A stretch of DNA of 64,000 bases from Lama glama (taxonomy: Eukaryota): the NCBI GenBank assembly GCA_028534125.1, contig CM052817.1:48362001-48426000 (forward strand). The letters are read 5' to 3'. Below are positions 11,539-25,285 of the stretch, piece by piece. Both the position numbers and the translations under genes were made by a program. The notes beneath the pieces were generated by a model, which made no database searches, was not told the DNA's origin, and saw nothing but the letters and a program-made list of their open reading frames with translations. Every line of letters begins with the position of its first letter. Within the stretch, counting starts at the first letter, position 1.

Positions 11539-12926
11539 CTAAAAGCAAGCAGTAAGGGATAGGAGGAGTGAGGGAGGCAAGGAACACTTATTCTTGTCAG
11601 CTGTCATTAAATTTTTTTCCTTCAGTGTCTCTTTAGTTGTGCCAGCCAAAATCTCTATTTATTTCTACTAGAAAGGTGGAATAGTTCATTTTTTCCCTCC
11701 CTATACTTTTCAACCACCTGGTGGCTCTAAACCAAGTAGTACTCTCAAAAATAAGTCAAAATATGTCTATAAACTTTTGACATCCATACTTGAAATATAC
11801 TGCATAAAATAAGTTTGTTTAAAAAACAAAAAATTAAAAAGTTCAGTATACAAACTGTGCTTCAAAGTCTATTATAAATCCCCTCTTTTCAAATTTAAAT
11901 GATCCTCTAATCAAATGATATCATAAACAATATTGATGAAATAAAATTTTGTTTTACACATTAAGATATTGACTATGAATGTTTCTAGATAATGAAATTA
12001 TTTGTATTCTTCATATTCATCTATAATTCATAATAAAAACGAAAAATTCTTTTCAAAAATAAAAGTGGATTTCAAAATTGTTGTTGTTAAATTCTAGCTT
12101 ACTTGATATTAGAAGAGGAACAAAATCATTACAAACCTAGTTTCTTTGAAAATTCAGCTTCAATAGCAACATGTACATCAGAGCCTACTTTGTGACTTAG
12201 GGAAAAACCAGGAATAAAAAACAAGAGAAAAATGGGGATGCAAGCAGCAAAACCAGAAATTTCTTAACAAATGTAAGCTCTTAGGTTAATTTTATGAAAG
12301 GCATCTATGTACTTGGTCTTCCTGGAATCATTACATAATTTCATATGTAAACAAGAATAGCTATTTACAGCCTATCATGAAAGGCACACTTCCAACTTGA
12401 CAATGGTCTTCTAGGTCTCTTCTCAACTGCAGCTGCTACCACCTACCCATTTCAAGCCACATTCCAAGCCACAAATAATCATAAAAGATTTCTTGAAATG
12501 AACCTCTATCAACTTTGCCACTGATTCAGCAAATATTTAATTGAGCTCCTACTATGTACTCAGGCCCTGTTCTAGGCACTGGAAATTCAACAGTAATTAA
12601 AATACCCAAAGTCCCACCTCATGAAGCCTACATTGTAAGAGTTGCTTGGGCAAGTTTCTTAATCTAGCTATGATAGATAAGCAATAGTTAGGAACAAATA
12701 ATGAAGAATGGAACTGAGGAAGACCAGAGAAAGCGCCTACAAGAGCAACTTCCAAATCTGGGTTTACAGTTTGCTGAGAAAATAGAATGCTCCTATCTAC
12801 ACAGTTATGAGTTTCTAATTTGGAGGTGGAGAGTGAAGTTAACTGAACTGCCTTCACTGCATACCATTGAAAAGATTTCTAAATATTACTTTGAAATGTC
12901 AATGGAGCAAACAGATTTTTACTCAC

Positions 12927-13074
12927 CTCTGGAGTGGCTCGAAGATAAATGATTCCATCCAGTTCAAGGCTTTGGCCAAACTGGTTATTCATCCAGTCAT
13001 GCCAGTCTTGATAAATGGTCCACTCTGTTTCATTCATGCAGTCAGATTCATACAAATTAGATGCAAAAATATAC
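12927..13074 (-). CDS. DCK: DCK coding exon 4 (148 nt)
   Basis: CAG acceptor, GTGAG donor; [49 protein letters not shown]. Confidence 0.98.
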
Positions 13075-13271
13075 CTGAAAGAGAGTCTATGTCAACTCAT
13101 AAATTCTTTCCAAAAAGCACAAAGAAAAGAGAAATTAGATCCAATTTCTAATAGACATGAAACATTCTCCTAAAACCCAAGGCAGATAATGCTTTCGTTA
13201 GCAGAAAAAAAAATAACAACAGAAAAAAAAATAACAAGAGTATCTCCAACCATAGAATATATGGCCTTGGT

Positions 13272-13693
13272 CAGCGGTTCCCAAAAATATGGTATGAGAA
13301 CCATTGGTAGTCCAAGATCCTTCTGGGGGTTTTGTGAGGCCAGATTAATTTATATGCTATACTTCAATGAAAAGAACATATTACAACAGCTTAAAAATAG
13401 AAGCACAAATGAGCATCCAGTTGACTTCTATTAAGTCAGACACGAAAGAGATTTGCAAAAATGTAAAAAATGCTACTTTTCTAATTTTTTGTTTTGAAAA
13501 ATTTAATTTTCACAAGTATGTTATTTATGTTGATATATAATAGATTGATTATTTCTAACTTAAAGTACAGTAATAATTTTTTATATTTGTCAATCTTAAT
13601 TTCTACTAACATAAATATCTCTAAGACACACAGCTCTTTGGGCTCCTTAATAACTGGTAAGAATGGAAAGGGGTCCTGAAGTTTGAGAACCTC
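13272..13693. mobile_element. hAT-Charlie (Charlie1-like) non-autonomous element
   Basis: Begins cagcggttcccaaa and ends agtttgagaacc (hAT terminal inverted repeats); subterminal sequence resembles Charlie1. Confidence 0.7.
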
Positions 13694-14096
13694 AATTTTA
13701 AGCTAGTAAAAGAACCCTCACAAAATAAGCAGGTAATTCCAAGCCCTCCTTAGAGATATATGATCTCCTTGCTCCAGGTACAAGTCTAGAATACAGATCC
13801 AGATTTAACCAGAGCAGATAAGAACTTTAAGAGAGTTGGAGGAAAAAAATTCTTTGCAAATTTGAATGAGATGAGATGACCACCACATTCCACCGCAGTT
13901 TCCATAGCAGCTAGCAATTATGTAGAACTTCCCTAAAGCCACTGGTTCCAAACTGCTGAAGGTATTAAAATGCCATCTTCCAACTCAAATCTCCAACTCA
14001 GCCTCTCTTATTACTTTGATTCCCAGGAAACAGGGGGAAAAAAGTCCAGTTCTAAGCCAATATTGTAAACTGACAAGTACTATCATTTATATATAC

Positions 14097-14290
14097 CTGT
14101 CACTATACACAGATCGTTCAAAAAATAACACAGGTTCCTCCGCATCTTTGAGCTTGCCATTGAGAGCAGCAAGCTGTGCTCGGATTCGACTGAGGCAGGC
14201 ATATGATTGGAAGGTAAAAGACCATCGTTCAGGTTTCTCATACATCATCTGAAGAACATTTCCACCACTCTTCTGAGACGTTGTCAGTTC
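14097..14290 (-). CDS. DCK: DCK coding exon 3 (194 nt)
   Basis: TAG acceptor, GTAT donor; [65 protein letters not shown], including Ser74, Ala100, Arg104, the ERS motif and Asp133. Confidence 0.98.
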
Positions 14291-14369
14291 CTATTTTGAA
14301 TTTGAAAAAAGAAGCAAAAAGCAAAATAATGATTAATAGGGCTATTTAAATATTTTTTAAGTTGGAAAA

Positions 14370-14540
14370 AAAAAGAATTTGGATAAATTAAAAAGACGAA
14401 CAACCAAATCTAAAAATGAGCAAAAGATCTGATAGATATTTTGCCAAAGAAGATACACACATGGCTAACAGGCACATGAAAAGATGCTCAACATTGCTGA
14501 CTTAGAGAAACACAAATCAAAACAATGAGATATTCACACT
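14370..14540 (+). mobile_element. Short L1 ORF2 fragment
   Basis: aaagaagatacacacatggctaacaggcacatgaaaagatgctcaaca is a typical L1 ORF2 3' motif. Confidence 0.75.
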
Positions 14541-16304
14541 TGCCTCTGGAAATAATAAAATTATTCATTACTCTTTCAAAATATCAAGGAAGTTAACTAC
14601 TAACATGTTTCACTGCTTTGTTCAGGTTTCTAGCTTAGCATCTACTTTGGACAAAGTACTATGTGTTTGAGTAATTAAATACACAAAGTCATCTTAGGTT
14701 CCTCCCAGTACTCCTTTCACACTTAAAAACCCCTGAGATACTTAAGTGGGGCCTATTGCTAATCTCTCTCCAACCACAGTATCCACTAAAATATTCTATA
14801 TTCTATATAGCCGATTTCTTGTTATTAGATTTTTATATAGTCTGATTAAAGCAACTTATGTTAGGGAATATCTTATTTAATCTACGGATTTTTTTTTAAA
14901 AAAGAAGCTTGGTATCCTAAATGAATCTCTAATTTGCAAAAAATATAGAAAATAATTTTGAGCATCTGAGACCTATCCATTGCCACTTCACTGCTACAGG
15001 CCAAACTCAGCAATTCCTATCATTCCAGGCTTCCAAATAAAAATAAGGGGGTGAACAGAAAGAAGCCACTGAAATTTCTTCCCTTGCGTGATAGTATTTT
15101 CTGTCTTTTTAAATTAAAATTGATTGCACAGTAACAGAATATAGTAGAATACTTTTGATATGAGTTGTCAGATTAAAAAAGAAAAAACAAAAACCCAGGA
15201 CCCAGAGATGCTTCATCAGCCTTTTCTATAATGTCAAGCTATGTAAAGATTCCCCTCAAAGCTGTATCAAGTCTTTAATCTTGTTTATTAACTTTTAAGG
15301 AATAAAATATGACTGCTTAATTCCTATTCTCAATCCTAGTTCAAATAAATACCCCTGAACACTTCTGAAAGTCCATGCTCAAAGTAGGTGGTTTTATTCC
15401 GGGGGGAGCAGGACGGGGGGATGGAGTTCAGAAGTGTAAATACTACAACGGACCTCAAAGTTTCAGTTAAGAACTAAAAACCACACAAACACATGGCACT
15501 TGGAGGCAGAATTTAAATTTCATACCACAAACCACAAAATTAAGTGAAACTTCCTCTCAAAACTGAAGAAAAAAAAGCATAAAACGGCAAGAGGCTAACA
15601 GTCAACAATAGGTCTGTTTAGAAAATACTGAGCAGATGATGAACTGAAATTAGGGTATAGTAGTTGCCTTCCCAAACTGCTTAAAGAATAAATTTATTTT
15701 TATTAGAGTTTCAAGAGCTTTGCTGATTTAATTACAAATTGCCCACTTATTCATCATCCTCCATGGAGAAAACGTTTCATGCAAGTGAATTTTTCAGGCT
15801 AAATGAAGTTTATCAACCCAACTAAAACTTTTCGTGTAGTTATTTTTATAAAGAGGACACAAGTGTATATTTCCCCACCATAGTAAGTATAGCAGTTTGA
15901 AAATTAGTGACTGAGACAACTTTATGAACAGTGACTGCTGGATTTATAAGAGAAGTTAGCCAAACAGCATAAGTCTCTATTCGGCACATAAAAATATCAG
16001 GCACAAAATGTTTACGTTGCTATTTCATCTTAAACTAAATGAGCTCAAATTGGCATTACTCTTCAGTTTATGTCTGTTTTTCAGTTTTTCTGTTTCCTCC
16101 TTTCATGTCAAGTTGTTGACATGGCTGCCTCTTCACAGTTCCTCCCTTGACAGCCCTAATAAAAAATAAGTTTATTAGATTGTGACAAAAGTGTAATTAC
16201 ATACCCTATGACTAAACCACATTAACTTTAATGCATAATTTTGGGACCTCCATTTTGGCCACTCAAATGATCTGCTTCCTTCCTTGTTCTCAGCTGTTTG
16301 TGCG

Positions 16305-16336
16305 TCCCTTATCCAGTACTTCCCTTATCCAGTACT
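16305..16336. repeat. Perfect 16-bp tandem duplication TCCCTTATCCAGTACT x2
   Basis: Directly visible in the sequence. Confidence 0.95.
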
Positions 16337-16863
16337 TCCAACTATTGCAAACATTCTCTCCTCAAAAGAAAATTTAATTAAAGTTGTGTATATTTTCATC
16401 ATGTATTGTCATTTAAGTAAAGTTTAGGAGGCCTAAGATAATGTTGTAAACTTTTGACAGATCAACAAGCTCTTAATAAAATTTCCTTATCTTTCTTAGA
16501 TTTCAACTACTCCTGAAAAAGGGTCTGAGTAGGACCAAAAATTTAGGCATATACCCACAGTGGGGAAAACAAAAAAAATACAAAAACAAAACTCCAATAA
16601 AACAGAAATACTAGGCCACATTAAAATTCTTTCAGTACTGACACCAGATTTTAGGCAAATTTATTTTTCAGAAAGGAGGAGAGTTGTGATTATTTTAAAG
16701 CAACTGAAATTCAAAACAGCTTGAGGGGAAAAAAGTGATACAGAGATACAGTTATGAAAAACTTTATGAAAAAAATTATCAGTCATGATTCATTAATCCA
16801 TCATTCACAAGTTACAGCTGATTTCATGGCAGGTGCTAGCACTCATCTGATGGCAAAGGTTTT

Positions 16864-18690
16864 TCATTCAGTAGGTGGCTTTTTCATTTTGCTGATAATT
16901 TTTTTCACTGTGAAAAACTTTTAAATTTGGTGTGGCCCCATTTGTTTATTTTTCCTTTTATTTCCCTTGCCTTTGGAGTCAGATCCAAAAAACATCACTA
17001 GGACCTATGTCAAGAAGCTTACTGCCTATGTTTTCTTCTATGAGTTTTATTGTTTCAAGTCTTACCTTCAAGTTTTTAATCCATTTTTAGTTAATTTTTC
17101 TATATGGTGTAAGATAGTGGTTCAGTTTCATTCTTTTAGAGGTAGCTATCCAGTTTCCCCAACATACCAGTATTGAAGAGACTGTCCTTCCCCATTGTAT
17201 ATTCTTGCCTCTTTTACTGTAAATTAACTGACCATACATGCATGGGTTTACCTATTCTACTCCATTCCACTGATCCGTGTGTCTGTTTTTATGCTAGTGC
17301 CATAGAGTTTTGATTTACTATAGCTCTATAGTATAGTTTGAAATCAGGGCGTGTGATACCTCCAGCTTTGGTTCTTTCTCAAGATTGCTTTGGCTATTCA
17401 GGATCTTCTGTGGTTCCATACAAATTCCAGAATTACTTGTTCTAGTTCTGTGAAAAATACCACTGAAATTTTCATAGCCACTGCAATGAATCTGTACATT
17501 GTTTGGGATAGTATGGACATTTTAACAATATTAATTCTTCTAATCCATGAGCACAAAATATCTTTCCATTTATTTGTGTCTTCTTTAATTTTTTTCATAA
17601 ATGTCTTACAAATTTAGTGTACAGGTCTTTTCACCTCCTTGGTTAAATTTACTCCTAAGTATGTTATTCTTTTGATGCAATTATAAATGAGATTGTTTTC
17701 TTGATTTCTTCTTTCTGATATTACTAATGTATAGAAACACAACAGATTTTTGTATATTAATTTTGCGTCCTACAACTCTACTGAATTCATTAATGAGTTC
17801 TAACAATTTTTGGTGGAGTCTTAAGGGTTTTCTATACATAATATCATGTCATCTATAAATAATGACAGTTTTACTTCTTCCTTTCCAATTTGTATGTTTT
17901 CCATTTCTTTTTCTTGCCTAATTGCTGTGGCTAGGACTTTGTACTGAATGGAAGAAGATATCTACAAAACATATCCAATAAGGGGTTAAGTTCCAAAATA
18001 TATAAAGAACTTATACAACTCAGTAACAAAAAAAACTATCCGATTAAAAAACTAGTAGAAAACCTAAATAGACATTTTCCCAAAGACATACAGCCAACAG
18101 GCTCATGAAAAGATCTATAAATCACTAGTCATCAGGGAAATGCAAATCAAAACCACAATGAGGTATTAACTTATACCTGTCAGAATGGCTATTATCAAAA
18201 AGACAAGAAATAACAAGTGTTGGTGAGGTTGTAGAGAAAAGAGAACCCTCATACACTGCTGGTGGGAATGTAAATTGGTGCAGTCACTGTGGAAAACAGT
18301 ATGGAGGTTCCTCAAAAAATTAAAAATAGAGCTACCATGTGATCCAACAACTCAACTTCTGAGTATCTATCTGCAGAAAACAAAAACACTAATTGGAAAA
18401 GATATATGTACCCCTATGTTCACTGCAGCTTTATTTACAATAGCCAAAATATGGAAACCTAAGTGTCCGTCGATAGGTGAATGGATAAAGATGCTGTATA
18501 TGTATACAATGGAAAACTATTTGGCCATAAAAGAGAACAAAATCTTGTTCTTGTTTGTATGGTGACAAATGGTAACTAGACTTACTGTGGTGGTAATTTC
18601 ACTATGTATACAAATGTTAAATTACTATATTGTACACCTGAAACTAATACAATATTGTAGGTCAATTACATCTTAATAAAAAATATAGTA
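16864..18690. mobile_element. 5'-inverted L1 insertion (minus 16864-17941, plus 17942-18690)
   Basis: Minus segment encodes ORF2 RT-region peptides (KEDTNKWKDILCSWIRRINIVKMSIL); plus segment encodes the ORF2 C-terminus ([21 protein letters not shown]) and 3' UTR. Confidence 0.88.
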
Positions 18691-19752
18691 AAATAGTAAA
18701 TACATAAATACTAAGTTATTCAATATTAAATAATCAAGAAAAATATAAAAAGTTTTTTTCACTTAATGAAAAGATTTATTTGATACTAAAAAAGAAGGGC
18801 AAGGTGGTGGTGGCAGTATTCATGTATACATGGAATTCTCTGCAGCATAAATGTTAATTCAAAACAGAAAATTTAAGTCTTAGATTAGTCTGCTCTATCC
18901 TCGGTTACATTATCCATAGATTATGTGGCATGGTTTTAAAAAAATAAGTGTGTATAGGAATGTGAGCACAAAGGGCATATGTTTTCCAAAAGTTTATTTT
19001 GTATGTCTTAGAATTAGAAAATAGAGAATATCTGTTGAAGAACTAATATGTTCACTATTCAAAATATCCTTTCATTAAGAAAATGTACTTCAATTTTAAT
19101 GATAATTATAACAATACCTACCATTTATTGTCTATTTTATGCCAAGGACTATATGAAAAACTTTACATACATTATATCAAACCTATGAAACCTAGTTAAT
19201 AAATTTTAAAAAGGAGCTTAGAATGTTGAATAACTCATTAATATCAATATGCCTGATATGCAGCAAAGCGAGGATTCAAACCTAAGACTGATTCTAAAGC
19301 CACATTCTTTCCAAAATGTTGCTCTGCTATTAAATACTGAAGTATAATTATAAAGTAAACAATACTTACATTTGATTTCTTGAAGGGAGATATTCAGATA
19401 GTATGTGGATGATTAACTGGTGCTGGTGCTCTGTATTTTCATAATTTTATTTTAGACATGGACAACTTTACAGAATTATACGATAGAGAATTCACTAATG
19501 ACATAAATACAGATTCACTAGTGAAAATACACCTGAGTTATTTTTTTAAAATAAAACTAACCATGAAAAACAATTTTTTGTCTTTATCTTTGAGCTATTT
19601 CAGGTTGTCTTTGCTGCACAAATACGTCTCACCAAAATCATCAACTTTAAAATAAATTTCAACAACTTCCAGATTAATTAATTAAACATAGCACTTCTGA
19701 GTTGAAGTTACATTAAAAAATAAATTTAAGGTACTTCTATTTAGAAATTGTG

Positions 19753-20384
19753 TGTGGCAGGCACTGCTATGTGTTCCCTAACACCAGGTTGCTTTTCTTC
19801 CTGGACTTAGAGCTAGGCTTTATTTCCCAGTCTCCCTTGTAATTAACTGTGGCCATGGGACTCACTTCTAGACAGAGGAAGTAGGGCAGAAGCAGTGCAT
19901 ATCAGGTCCAGGCTGGACTCACAGAAGCCTCATAAATATGATTCTTTCTTTATCCATCATCTGGAAGCAAAAGGAAACCAAGGCCCTAGCAGCAGTTTTC
20001 AACTTCAGCTGCAGGGCAGAGGTATTGAAGTATGGTCCCCAAAACAGCAGCAACAACATCACTTGGGAACTTGTGGGAAATGCGAGTTATTGGTATTTCC
20101 CCATCAAACCTATTAAATGAAAAATTAGGGATGAGGCCTAGACCTGTGGTCTAGCAAGTCCTTCAAGTGACTCTAATGAACATTAAAGTTTGAAGTGCTG
20201 TCCCAGAGGTTTGATGAGCCACAAGCTAGAAGGGGCCGAGGTGTCTCAGTCATAGCATGGTATGCCATCCACTCAATACCATATTGTACTGTTCTCTGAC
20301 TGAGAAATGGAATTTTATTGTCTTAAACCAGAGATTTTAGAGTTTACTATAGCAGTACGTGTTACTTTAAATTTACCTGATACA
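19753..20384 (+). mobile_element. MLT1 (ERVL-MaLR) LTR interrupted by a MER5A-like element at about 20017-20200
   Basis: TG...CA ends; MLT1-type tttcccagtctcccttg and tgtggccatgggact; nested MER5A-type cagcagcaacaacatcacttgggaacttg. Confidence 0.65.
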
Positions 20385-20559
20385 CTTAATAAAATCTATC
20401 AGAAGTGAACTTGGTTCATCTGGAAAGCACTTAGGATCAATTTGCTATGCACTGTGAATAATACTGAAATAACAAAATAGGGCATGTATATTAAAATTAA
20501 ATGGGCTTGTTACAATACAGAGAGTGAACAGAAGTTTGAAACTTTTTCCGAATACACTT

Positions 20560-20865
20560 AAGGACATTATACTCGGTGAAATAAGGCAGTCACAAAAATG
20601 ACAAATATTGTATGATTCCAATTATATGAGGTATCTAAAGTAGTCAAGATTCAGAGATATAAAAAGCAGAATGACAGTAACCAGAAGCTGGGGGAAGGGA
20701 GCAAAGGAGAGTTGTTTAAAGAGTACAGAGTTTCAGTTCTGCAAGACAAAAACTTCCAGAGATCTGTTTCACAACAATATAAATACTTAATACTGCTGAG
20801 CTGTACATTTAAAAATGATTAAGATGGTAAAATTATTATATGTGTCTTTTACCACAATAAAAAAT
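20560..20865 (+). mobile_element. L1MB-like 3' end
   Basis: gacaaatattgtatgattcc...tatatgaggtatcta, ending ttttaccacaataaaaaa. Confidence 0.8.
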
Positions 20866-21542
20866 TAATCACATAAACAACGGCCACACATCTCCTTTTA
20901 TTTGGATTTCCTAATAAATGTAATCTCTCTTGCCCAAAGCAATCCCAAAGTCTGCTATATGAAGATAATTTAGAGGACCAATCCTGATTCACCACCTAAT
21001 TATAAAAATAATAATCAGCTAGTTGTTCTAAAAATACAAATGCTTAAAACTAAATCAAAAGTCTGTAATAAAATTTTATAGCCTTGAAGACGTTAGTTTT
21101 GGCTCTTAGTTTAACATTGTACCAAATTAGAAAATTAACTATTAGCCAGGATATCATTTTCTAGTTCTTCAGGATAACCTAAGAGCCCATACAAAATTTT
21201 TTCTTCTAATCCTATGAATGATATTTTTGAGACTACAAACTGCTGGGGTTTTCATATGCAATTACAAATGTTAAGAATAAAATACTTATTAGAAATTTAC
21301 CCAAAAAATACTATGTATCATCTTCAGCAAATTATGTATAATTTTATTAGTTTTTCCTCTCTAAAAACTACCTAGATAAAAAATGTGAATGCCTCAGGGT
21401 CAAATTACATTAAGTAAAAATTAATAGAACATCTTTGGAAAACAGTTTGGGTATATTTACTTTAAAAAAATCTGTATCCCTAGGCCCACTTAATTTCACT
21501 TTTGAAAAATTTATCTTAAAGAAATAATCCAAAATACAGATT

Positions 21543-21682
21543 GGGGGGTGGGGAGCATATAGCTCAAGCAGTAGAGCGCATGCATAGCATTCATGAGGTC
21601 CTCAGTTCAATCCCCAAGGACCTCCTCTAAAAATAAATAAGTAAACCTAATTATCTACCCCCACCAAAAAACAAAACAAAAC
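21543..21682 (+). mobile_element. tRNA-derived SINE (vic-1-like)
   Basis: Degenerate A and B boxes, (CAAAA)n tail, TSD AAAA(T/C)ACAGATT at 21531-21542 and 21683-21694. Confidence 0.85.
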
Positions 21683-24389
21683 AAAACACAGATTTAACCA
21701 CAAAGACAATTATTACAGTGCTAAGCAAATAGGCTATCATTCCTCTATTAGGCATTTATATTAAGTAAATAATGGTAAATACTGCCTTTAGAAATCATTT
21801 ATAGTAAACTTTTAATGACATTTTAGATATAAAATGATATAAACACTGTGAGGGAAAAAAGCAAGGTATAAAACTGTATATTGCTGGGCCAAGTAAGACC
21901 TGTAGTTAGTTTTCTCTGGGTGACAAGATATAGTTAAGTTTTACTTCCCTCCTTTGGTAGTGATATTTTCTTAACTTTGAATAGTGAGTACTTACTACTT
22001 TTCATTTTTTTTAATTATGTATCCCCACCCATCTGTCAAAGTTGGATAAAATAAATTATCACCTTAAGTAGGTAAAAGATACATATAGAGTGGTGGGATT
22101 ATGAATAAGTTTTATTCTGTTTCTCTAATTCATATCTGTAACGCTGTAATTCACTCCATGATAGAACACTTCATGATTTTACAGAAAGGGCAGATTATTG
22201 CCAACATAAGGAAAAATGAGAATTATCAAGCAAAATACAAAATCATTTATCTTTTAATTCTAATCTAACCTTTGAAACACTACAAAAGAGTTAGTTCAAT
22301 CAAAAGAATCAGTATACCAAACATGATAATCATACAATAGTCAACAAAAGTTAGGTGATTTCAGAGGGTATGAGGGAAAGTACTTTATCAAGCATTCCTA
22401 ATTAATTTTCAAAAATGAGTTACCAATAAATATGCTGTTGTTTTACAGATAAGTACACTTTATTCTTTCTTTCTCGGATTTACTAATTTTTCAGTGGCTT
22501 CTTAGTGGTAAGAAGGTTAGATAAAAGTAAAATAGCACCTCACAATGAATAACAAAGGAACAGAGTAAAGATATCTCCCTGTCTGTAAATCTCAAAAATA
22601 AGCTAAAAGGAAGCAATCAAATCAAAGCTTTGCACCTAAATAATAACAAATCATCAAATAAAGCACACTGCTATTTGAAATAAACCTTTAATTCAAAGAC
22701 TGATAATCATCTGGGTGATTTAAAGATGATCTTATCATGGAAGGGGGAGATAACAATCTTTTTAGGCACTTTGCCTCCTTACTTTGCTAAAATTGGTGGC
22801 AGCTCATCAATAGTATAGCAACATTTCAGCCACTAGGTGGCAGGTAAAAAAACAAAACAAGCTAAGTATGCAGGTGCAAATTAAGCTACTGACTAGGGGA
22901 AGAGATCAAAGGTACCAAGAGCCCAACTCATCCAATTCTACAGCTACTGCCTAGGAGTGTGAGTAAATGGAGAACATCCAAAGGACCGGCCTTACCAGGG
23001 CTGGGTCTGAAGATGATCTACTTCTCACTACTGACAGCATGCTAAGAAAGCTGAGATTTGGTATGTGATTCACACCATAATCACAAGGGATAGATCGGGG
23101 ATGGGTCTGGGAAAGAAGGACTACTCCAGGATGAAAGAAGAAAATCTCATTTTTTGAGGTCCAAGAAAAAAGAAGAAAATATCCAAAGATCCTGGAAACC
23201 CATCCACCCATTACTACCCTCACATTCTACTACCTTATCCCCAAAATACTATTCCCATAGTCTGAAACTCCACCTAGAAGTACAGGGGATTAACAACATA
23301 GTAGCTTTGAATACACAGACAAAAATAAAACTAACTTTTAAGAATGTACACTAAAATCCAATGAAGGTAACTGAACTGTAACATCATGGAGACATGACAG
23401 ATGTACACTAAATTGAGGCAAGTATATGTTAATAAAAGTATATCTTAACGATAATAATAGGATTCTCTGCATGGTAGCTATAAAGTTTGGAATTTTGACT
23501 CTAGTACACAGGAAGAAAATTCCCCAGCCCACAAACATATCAGATCCATGAAGCCAACAGAGTCTAAAAATGGAGACAGAGATGCATCAATGCATCATAG
23601 TCTATGACATCAGTCATTAAGCTAATGTAACTAATAACCCTGGACTCTGACTCTAAGCTTAATAACTTTCTGATACATTGTCTTCCCGTGTATATTAATG
23701 CAATGTTTTCAACCTTTCCTCTCCAACATAACTAAAGGGCTCAACACTCTCCACACCAACAGTGATTCACTAGGGCATTTTTAACCAGGAAGCATCCCAC
23801 ATATTTAAATTCCCAAGGGATTGTTTGTTGTTTGAAAAAAACACCTCTATATTCTTGAGATTCTTATGAGTTTCTTCCATTGGTTGGGAATTATGGGCCT
23901 ACATAGAGAATGGATTGACCTAATTCAATGAATCTGATAATTATATTTCTCTCTGCAAATTAAAATTTTTGACATTTTGGTTTTTATATGTTTCTGTGCA
24001 TTTGGTTACTGTTAAGGTATACTGAGAGACAGAGACATTTAATGTGCCAACACACCAGTTATACATATTTAATATGAGTTAGAAGCTATAATATCAAAAC
24101 CAGAATGGACCTTAAATGAAGGTCACCTAATCCAATCTAGTGGAACATTCCCCCAATGAAAGAATCCCTTCTCTATTTCTGACATTGGTTTAATTTGACT
24201 ACTTTCCACCTATCCCTGAGAAAAATTGCACTGATAGTTGACCCTAGAAATAAGGGGGAGAAAGCATTTTCAGAACACAGGTCTCTCATTCCTAAAGGTA
24301 AGCAAACTTGAGTAGAGCACTTCAGTGAAACAGGCCACAAGACATACTTCAGGAGGTTAAAACGCAGGGTGAGGGAACAGAGGATCCAA

Positions 24390-25285
24390 AGGAAAATGGG
24401 TAAAAGGACCTGAAGAGGGGCTTCACAAAAGAAATCCAAATGGCTAATAAATTAGTTAATTAAAGGAGCATAATCTCATTAGCAATAAGGAAAATACAAA
24501 TTAAAAACATAAAAGATATTAAACGTTCAACATAATGACAAAAATTAGGAAGTTGGACAATACTAAATAAGGCAAAGGGGTGGACTAATGACAGCCTGAG
24601 TAGACTACATTGTGGGGAGTGTAAACTGGTAAAACTGCTTCGGAAAACAAGCTTCATACACATACCCCACCACCTAGCAATTTTACTTCTTATTCCAAGA
24701 GAACCCCTTGCATGTGTATACCAGGATTCATATTCGTAACAGGGCTGTTTTTACAGCAACTAAACCAGGAATCACTCAAAAACTGATCAAAAGTATAGAG
24801 AATGGACAAATAGGGATATGAACTCAACTGAATACCATACGGCAATGAAAATGAGCACGCTATAGCTGCATACAACGATATAGATAAATTTCACAAACTT
24901 ACTAAGTGAAAGAAGAGGAAAAGGAATGCCAACTCGAGATATTCATATAACATCAAAAAACAAGCAAAACTAAATTACATTTCTTAGAGATATATTTATG
25001 TACATCAAATTCTTTTTAGAAAGTAGGAAAATTATTATCACAAAAATTACTCTATGTGAGTGATTATCCCTAGCAGAGTTAACACCCTTGGGAAGGAGAT
25101 ATTGTGACTTTCCTGTGTCCTGTGAGACAAACAGGGACTTCTAGAATGAGAGTAATGTTTTACTTCTTGACCTACATGATGGTTATAAAGATGTCAGCCT
25201 TCAAATTGCTCTTCAAACTGTACATAGGTTTCATACATATACTTTCCTATAATTACATAATGTCAATAAAAAATGTTGAAAAAAG
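24390..25285 (+). mobile_element. Old L1 (L1ME-like) 3' fragment
   Basis: Highly diverged ORF2 end and 3' UTR motifs (cttcacaaaagaaatccaaatggctaataaa; gtgtaaactggtaaaac). Confidence 0.6.

Noticed and set aside
8429..21682. tRNA-like sequences at 8429, 10448, 11168 and 21543 (also 51437)
   Set aside because: They have SINE tails, poly(A) and TSDs and lack an intact cloverleaf, so they are SINEs rather than tRNA genes.
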